A DNA stretch of 64,000 bases from positions 2,208,001-2,272,000 of the forward strand of contig OZ242383.1 in assembly GCA_965209155.1 (NCBI GenBank). Reading direction: 5' to 3'. Each line of letters opens with the position of its first letter. The stretch's first letter is position 1. Made by a program: the position numbers and the translations under genes. Source of the DNA: a bacterium (lineage in GTDB: Bacteria; SAR324; NAC60-12). Positions 57,986-64,000 of the stretch are shown one piece after another. Under the pieces are notes generated by a model that ran no database searches, was not told the DNA's origin, and saw only the letters and a program-made list of their open reading frames with translations.

Positions 57986-59866
57986 ATGAAACAGTTTTTA
58001 CGCACCCATTATTGTGGAGCGTTGAGAAGCGCCAATATTGGAGAAGAGGCGCATGTGATGGGATGGTGTCAATCCCGTCGTGATCACGGAGGCGTGATCT
58101 TCGTGGATTTACGGGATTATAGTGGCATCACCCAAGTGGTGTTCAAGCGAGAAATCGATGAAGCGTCCCATACCCTGGCTGAAAGCATACGATCGGAGTA
58201 TGTGCTGGCTTGTCGTGGTAAAGTCAGCCCGCGTGAAGAGGGAAACGTCAACCCCAAATTGCCGACGGGGGAGATCGAAGTGCTGGTGGCGGAATTAAAG
58301 ATCCTGAATCGTTCCAAAACGGCTCCCTTTGTGGTGGACGAACGGGCGCGAGTGGATGACGAGCGCTTGCGGCTGACGTATCGTTACCTGGATTTGCGGC
58401 GTACTTCCATGCAACGCAACCTGATGCTCCGTTCCCAAGCCTTGCACGTGGTGCGCAACTATTTCAATGCCCACCACTTTTTTGAAATCGAGACGCCGAT
58501 ACTGACCAAATCCACTCCGGAAGGAGCGAGGGATTATTTAGTACCCTCCCGGGTCAATCCGGGGCAATTTTATGCGCTTCCCCAGTCTCCCCAATTGTTC
58601 AAGCAATTGCTCATGTGCAGCGGGTATGACCGTTATATACAAATCGCCCGCTGTTTCCGTGATGAAGACCTGCGGGGCAATCGTCAGCCGGAATTCACCC
58701 AGATTGACCTGGAAATGAGTTTCACGCAACCTGGAGAAATATTTCAATTGATCGAAGGGATGTTCAAACGTTTGTTTCAAGAAACAATCGGGATACTCGT
58801 TGATCTCCCTTTTCCCCGTATGAGCTACCAACAGGCGATGGAGGAATATGGTTCCGACGCGCCTGATATCCGTTTTGATTTGAAATTGGTGGACCTCTCC
58901 GAGGTTGCAGGGGAGTGCAACCTGAAAGTTTTTTCAGAGGTGGTGGACAGAGGCGGTGTCGTTAAAGCGATTTGCGTACCAGGAGGGGCTGATTTTTCAA
59001 GGAAAGACCTCGATGATTTGACCGGGTTCGTGGTCCGCTATGGAGCCAAAGGAATGGCGTGGGTCAAATTGAATGAAGGGGGGTGGCAGTCTCCCATTGC
59101 CAAATTTTTCTCGGAAACGCACAAACGTTCCATTGAGGAAAAAATGGAAGGTCGAGTGGGAGACCTGATCCTGTTTTGCGCGGATAACAGAAAGATAGTG
59201 GCGGATTCCCTGGGTAATTTACGCAAAGAAATCGCCCGTCGCCGTCAGTTGATTCCAGAAGACGATTTCCGCTTCGTCTGGGTTACCGATTTTCCACTCC
59301 TGGAGTATGATGAGGAAGCCAAACGTTACAATGCCGTTCACCACCCCTTCACCATGCCCAACCTGGAAGACCTGGAAAAACATTACGATTCCGATCCTTC
59401 TCAAATTCGTTCCATCGCCTACGACGTGGTCTTGAATGGCGTGGAACTCGGGGGAGGCAGTATTCGTAATCATCGAGAAGACATTCAAAGAAAAGTATTT
59501 CGTCTGCTGGAGTTGGAAGATAACGAAGCGCGGATGAAATTCGGATTCTTACTCGACGCCCTCTCTTATGGCGCGCCTCCTCATGGTGGAATAGCGCTCG
59601 GGTTTGATCGTATGATGATGTTCCTGGTCAATACCGATTCCATTCGCGATGTGATTGCCTTTCCTAAAACTCAAAAAAGCACCTGCCTGCTCACCGGAGC
59701 GCCCTCAGCAGTGGAAACGTCGCAGTTGGATGAATTGCATATTCGCGTCAAGGGTACAGGACAACTTCCAAGTCCTTCCTCGCCTCGACCCTCCTCCGCC
59801 ATCGGAGAAGAAAGGTGGGATCCAGCGGGCGAAGATCCTCAAAAAAGTGAAACGCGGGTCCCCTGA
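57986..59866 (+). CDS. aspS: Aspartate--tRNA ligase (likely non-discriminating)
   Basis: RTHYCG, RRDHGG, YRYLDLR, LPQSPQLFKQ, FRDEDLR, PPHGGIALGFDR. Confidence 0.97.
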   Translation: MKQFLRTHYCGALRSANIGEEAHVMGWCQSRRDHGGVIFVDLRDYSGITQVVFKREIDEASHTLAESIRSEYVLACRGKVSPREEGNVNPKLPTGEIEVLVAELKILNRSKTAPFVVDERARVDDERLRLTYRYLDLRRTSMQRNLMLRSQALHVVRNYFNAHHFFEIETPILTKSTPEGARDYLVPSRVNPGQFYALPQSPQLFKQLLMCSGYDRYIQIARCFRDEDLRGNRQPEFTQIDLEMSFTQPGEIFQLIEGMFKRLFQETIGILVDLPFPRMSYQQAMEEYGSDAPDIRFDLKLVDLSEVAGECNLKVFSEVVDRGGVVKAICVPGGADFSRKDLDDLTGFVVRYGAKGMAWVKLNEGGWQSPIAKFFSETHKRSIEEKMEGRVGDLILFCADNRKIVADSLGNLRKEIARRRQLIPEDDFRFVWVTDFPLLEYDEEAKRYNAVHHPFTMPNLEDLEKHYDSDPSQIRSIAYDVVLNGVELGGGSIRNHREDIQRKVFRLLELEDNEARMKFGFLLDALSYGAPPHGGIALGFDRMMMFLVNTDSIRDVIAFPKTQKSTCLLTGAPSAVETSQLDELHIRVKGTGQLPSPSSPRPSSAIGEERWDPAGEDPQKSETRVP

Positions 59867-59892
59867 TATTCTATTCGATTTTTCCTGACAAG

Positions 59893-61623
59893 ATGAGCTT
59901 TCCTGAATTCTTACGAACCTTGAAACAATGGATGTTCTTATCCAAGCGTGAGCAAGGAAAAACTTATGCTTCCGTGGGTTCCCTGGATCGACGCCAGATT
60001 GCTTTACAGCAAAGGGAACGGGCGCTCACGACACAGGAAATAAAGGAAAAACTCCCAAAAATGGGAGATGCACCGCTTTTCAGTATCCTCATTCCCGTTC
60101 AAGATCCTCCGCAGGAATTTTTACGACAAACCCTGGATTCGGTATTGAATCAAGCCTATCCCCGCTGGGAACTCTGCATTGTCAATGACGCATCCTCCGC
60201 CCCTTATGTCACAGACATTCTGGAAGAATTCCAGCAATCCGATTCCCGCATCATGTTGCAGCATTCTTCAAAAAAGCAAGGAATTTCCGCTGCATCCAAT
60301 GCCGCACTGGCCATGGCAAATGGAGATTTTGTTTGTCTGGTGGAGCATGACGATTTGCTATTACACGACACCTTGTTTGAAATTGCGGAACATATTCTCA
60401 GGCTACCGGAAATAGATTTCATATATACCGATTCAGCAATAGTCGACACGCATGGAAAGTTAGTCGAATTTTTCTACAAACCCGACTTCAACCTGGAAAT
60501 GTTTTTATGCCAGAATTGGCTGGGGCAACTTTCCATGATTCGCCATTCCTTGCTGACAAAGGTGGGAGGATGGTCTGAAGGCCGCACAAGAAAGGACTAT
60601 GATTTGTTCCTGCGTTGCATTGAGCAAGCAGGTCGGGTTTCCCATATCCACAAAATTTTATTCTACTACCGGCAAGGCCCCGGAACCAATTCAGTATCTT
60701 CGGAAAACCAATCCCACGCCCAAGATGAGCAACGAATGGCATTGCAAGATAGTTTGAACCGCAGGAAAATCGAAGGCACGCTCTCCGATATGGGTTCTTT
60801 CATATTTTGCATTCAACGTCCTCTGAATAAGGAGGAACGGGTTTCCGTTATCATTTGTACTCTTGGTTGGGAACTCGATTTACCGCACGTTTTGGGGGAT
60901 TTTTTAACAAAAAAACCCTACCCAGACCTGGAAATTCTTTTACTGATGGATCCCCTGCCTGGTGGAAACATGAAAAACCTGGAAGCGAAAGGCGTCCATT
61001 TTTTGAAATACGAGGAGGCAGAAACGCTCACAGCCAATCTAAACCGGGTTGCAGAGACAGCCCGGGGAGATCATTTGCTTTTCGTCTTCTGGCATTTCAA
61101 ACCTTTGACTGAAAATTGGTTACTGAACCTGGTGGAGCAATCCCAACGATCGGAATCTGGGTTAGTGGCCGGGAAGTTATTGAACCGGCAACATCGCATT
61201 GCCACTGCAGGGGGGGTTCTATCTCGAGTGGGACCTCTCAATCTCTTCCAGGGAGATCCGTCTAATGCCGTTGGGGAGACCAACAGCCTCATTTCCCCGC
61301 GAAGCTACCAATTGCTCAGTGGCCACTGCGCCATGGTGGCAAAACCGGTTTTCCGGCAGGTGGAAGGATTCGACACTGCCTACCAATCCCGCTTTTTCGA
61401 CTACGATTTATGCCTCCGTCTGGAACAAAAAGGATATCGTAATCTATTCACCCCCTTCACCATCCTCCAACTCCAGTACAACGAGGCTTTGGATAAATCG
61501 CTGGAACGCGATAGTGAGGATTTTATTCGTTTTCATGACAAATGGGAATCCATCTTCGGCAAAGATGGAAATTTCAACTTTGCCCTCCAGGAAGCACTCG
61601 TGGAAAGAAAGGACAAACGATGA
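59893..61623 (+). CDS. Glycosyltransferase family 2, tandem domains
   Basis: SVLNQAYPRWELCIVNDAS, GISAASN, EHDDLL, KPDF, DYDLFLR. Second domain degenerate (GFD...DLCLRL). Confidence 0.88.
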   Translation: MSFPEFLRTLKQWMFLSKREQGKTYASVGSLDRRQIALQQRERALTTQEIKEKLPKMGDAPLFSILIPVQDPPQEFLRQTLDSVLNQAYPRWELCIVNDASSAPYVTDILEEFQQSDSRIMLQHSSKKQGISAASNAALAMANGDFVCLVEHDDLLLHDTLFEIAEHILRLPEIDFIYTDSAIVDTHGKLVEFFYKPDFNLEMFLCQNWLGQLSMIRHSLLTKVGGWSEGRTRKDYDLFLRCIEQAGRVSHIHKILFYYRQGPGTNSVSSENQSHAQDEQRMALQDSLNRRKIEGTLSDMGSFIFCIQRPLNKEERVSVIICTLGWELDLPHVLGDFLTKKPYPDLEILLLMDPLPGGNMKNLEAKGVHFLKYEEAETLTANLNRVAETARGDHLLFVFWHFKPLTENWLLNLVEQSQRSESGLVAGKLLNRQHRIATAGGVLSRVGPLNLFQGDPSNAVGETNSLISPRSYQLLSGHCAMVAKPVFRQVEGFDTAYQSRFFDYDLCLRLEQKGYRNLFTPFTILQLQYNEALDKSLERDSEDFIRFHDKWESIFGKDGNFNFALQEALVERKDKR

Positions 61624-62234
61624 ACTCACTTCGATCGACGAAGTGCGCAATTATCATATTCGTGTTGACGATCTTTGGAGCAATGCACTCCGTCTTGTGC
61701 GCAAATGAAACTTCAGAGGAAGAGACGAGACTTCATCCTTATGAAACCCTGGGGGGCAACTTCACGCTAACGAACCACCATGGTTCCCGCGTCCAGTTAA
61801 AAGATTTTCAAGAAAAAGTGGTTATTTTGAACTTTGGATTCACGAATTGCCCTGATATTTGTCCCCTCGTTCTCAGTCGACTTAAAAATCTCTACCAGCA
61901 ACTGGGAGAGCAGGCTTCTGCGGTGCAAGTTCTCTTCATCACCTATGATCCGCTGCGCGATACTCCGGAATTATTGAAAAACTACTTACCTCACTTCCAT
62001 GAGAGTTTTATCGGATTGACGGGAACGGAGGAGGAAATTTCCGCTATCTTAAAACAGTACGGAGCCGTGGCAATCAAACAGGAAGTCGATACGGCAGTGG
62101 GTTATTTGCTGGCTCATACGGACTACATCTACCTGATCGACCGGCAAGGATTGATTCGCGCCCTCTATCGCTCTTCAGATTCAATTGATCAAATGAAAAA
62201 AGACGTGCAACTCGTGATTTCCATGAGGAACTAA
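61620..62234 (+). CDS. SCO/SenC family copper chaperone
   Basis: FGFTNCPDICP, DPLRDT, YLLAHT. Confidence 0.92.
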   Translation: MNSLRSTKCAIIIFVLTIFGAMHSVLCANETSEEETRLHPYETLGGNFTLTNHHGSRVQLKDFQEKVVILNFGFTNCPDICPLVLSRLKNLYQQLGEQASAVQVLFITYDPLRDTPELLKNYLPHFHESFIGLTGTEEEISAILKQYGAVAIKQEVDTAVGYLLAHTDYIYLIDRQGLIRALYRSSDSIDQMKKDVQLVISMRN

Positions 62235-62375
62235 TATGCTTTCTTCCATCTCGAATACCTTATCAATTGAAAATTACCTATTTTTAAACGGGCCATTATT
62301 GAGGAAAAATCGGAGAGACGGAATTTGTCTGCGTCTCCTTTGTCAAGGAGGGCTGGTCCCAAGAGGTTGGAGGGG

Positions 62376-63815
62376 TCACATCACCAAACGGGTGTGGGAG
62401 TAGGCGGAATACCATCCAAACCAAAAGGCTTTATGAGCAGGCAAGCGATAGAGCACTCTACCATCGTCTGAGGTGAGTTTTTCTTCCATCATGGTCCAGG
62501 AGGTACCTTGCGAATCGATAACTTTGCGGTCCTGGTCCCATGTATTAAAAATATTCCCTTTTGTTTCATAAACACGGCTGGCTCCGGATAGGTCGGTCAG
62601 GACGACAAATTCGATATTTCCAATCTTGTCATGATAAATGGGGTTCTGTTTTAAGTAAGCAGATGAAATGGCCAACGGTTCATCCGGTTGGGAAGAGAAG
62701 AGCAGACCCAACACGTCTGCCTTATTCGGTAAACGCCGGTCGAGTTTCGGAACAGAAAACATCAATTCATCGGTTGCAAAGTATTGACGATAAGCGACCC
62801 CTTCTCCATAGTCACGCTGATGACCGGTATTCAATGAAAGCACCATTGTTTCAGGATGACGTCTTTTCCATTCTCCCCAGGTGGTGGTAACAATGTAGAG
62901 TCGCTCTAAAGTGATGTCTTTATCGGCCAGGGGGCCAATCACCGGTTGGCCCCAAAGAGTGTTCCACAGAGATTGGGTCTTTTTATCATACATGAGTTTA
63001 TTGGAGCGATAGAGAAATCCACTGGTTCCCATTTCATGGTGTTCCCCGTCGAGATCTGTTTCATACAAAATCATACTGCCACATAAAGTACAATAAACTC
63101 CTGCTACGTTAATACCACCCACTTGATCGACAAACATTTCATGCCAGGCCATAATGCGTTTGGGATAAGCCCGGACGTCTCCATTTAATTCAACTCCAAA
63201 TACAATATGATTCTCTTCCAGGTAGTCAGCCTCGTTCGCGGATATCATGCCGGGAGCCCGTAAAGGAGGAATCCCATCTTGGAGAACGCCCCCCCACACC
63301 ACCTCATCCAAACGGATAATGGTGGTACGCTGATTGTTGAAATAACCTCGAAACCTTGGATCGATATTAGCGTATAACTGTGATTTGAATTCGGCATAAT
63401 CATCAATCACTTCAGGCTCTTTATTCCAAATCCAATGGTACCAGGAGTTCAAATCGAATCCGAAACGTTTACCGGTTTTTTCTTCAAGCAGGAGAATGAG
63501 TGAATAATTGACAGGAAAATTCCGATTGAACCGGATAATTTCTAAAACCATCGGGACAAACCCGGGTTCCCAGTTTTTCCGAATACTGTGCAAGATCTCT
63601 CTGTCAGGCGTATCATGAAGCAACGATATAAATAACTGGACGTTGTCAGGGGAAGACCGCGTTGTTTCTGTAGACCAGGCAAGGGAAGCGACGAGAAGAA
63701 AAAGAATCAGCAATCCGGTACGTATCGATTCAAACCATTTATATTTGAAAAAGCAATGAGTGATTCGCATAAATTCTCGATGAATAAAGAGAAATGAGGA
63801 TGGATGGTTGTCCAT
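62376..63815 (-). CDS. DUF3179 domain protein (start may be 63770)
   Basis: DGIPPL, RAYP...WHE, YCTLCGS, GTSGFLYRSN, FWFGW. Confidence 0.88.
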   Translation of the reverse strand: MDNHPSSFLFIHREFMRITHCFFKYKWFESIRTGLLILFLLVASLAWSTETTRSSPDNVQLFISLLHDTPDREILHSIRKNWEPGFVPMVLEIIRFNRNFPVNYSLILLLEEKTGKRFGFDLNSWYHWIWNKEPEVIDDYAEFKSQLYANIDPRFRGYFNNQRTTIIRLDEVVWGGVLQDGIPPLRAPGMISANEADYLEENHIVFGVELNGDVRAYPKRIMAWHEMFVDQVGGINVAGVYCTLCGSMILYETDLDGEHHEMGTSGFLYRSNKLMYDKKTQSLWNTLWGQPVIGPLADKDITLERLYIVTTTWGEWKRRHPETMVLSLNTGHQRDYGEGVAYRQYFATDELMFSVPKLDRRLPNKADVLGLLFSSQPDEPLAISSAYLKQNPIYHDKIGNIEFVVLTDLSGASRVYETKGNIFNTWDQDRKVIDSQGTSWTMMEEKLTSDDGRVLYRLPAHKAFWFGWYSAYSHTRLVM

Positions 63816-64000
63816 TGGAAAAATCGGTCAATCGCATCTTTTTAAATATTCACTTGACCTTCATGATGAGAAAGAAACTTTTTTAGTAACGTAACAAAAT
63901 TGTTCTGCATAAATGACAAGAAAATTTCTCGAGTTTTCACGTTCACGAGTGCGAACGGATTGCTTCTTCAATTTCAGCGAGGCAATTCTTCCCGAAATAA

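Noticed and set aside
62376..63815. Selenoprotein form of DUF3179
   Set aside because: The motif is CxxC with ordinary Cys codons and there is no in-frame TGA.

Overview
Bacterial chromosomal window. The gene set (alaS, aspS, lolC/E, pgi, serC, icmF, rbgA) would fit a deltaproteobacterial/SAR324-like organism, but that is a low-confidence impression. A housekeeping backbone is interrupted by three accessory regions. (1) About 7.0-16.2 kb: unrelated small passenger genes separated by co-oriented fragments of an IS91/ISCR-type rolling-circle element, including three oriIS-like ends that each carry a conserved outward sigma70 promoter. (2) About 22-27 kb: a 401-bp duplicate of the pgi 3' end enclosing a fic gene, then a DarT toxin fused in frame to half of a DarG macrodomain, and an IS982 relic. 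(3) About 40.3-57.9 kb: an AT-richer defence-type island between lolC/E and aspS. Its core is the best candidate for an undescribed system: a tightly coupled operon of GHKL ATPase, unknown protein, DUF6339-like protein, NinC/PAPS-reductase-like PP-loop Cys-rich enzyme and cysteine desulfurase, followed by a MORC-GHKL/histidine-kinase hybrid and a large receiver protein. This looks like a sulfur-based DNA modification/restriction system lacking the DndD/E or SspB/C subunits of known phosphorothioate systems. No rRNA, tRNA or CRISPR array was recognised. All family assignments come from motifs read by eye, not from database searches.
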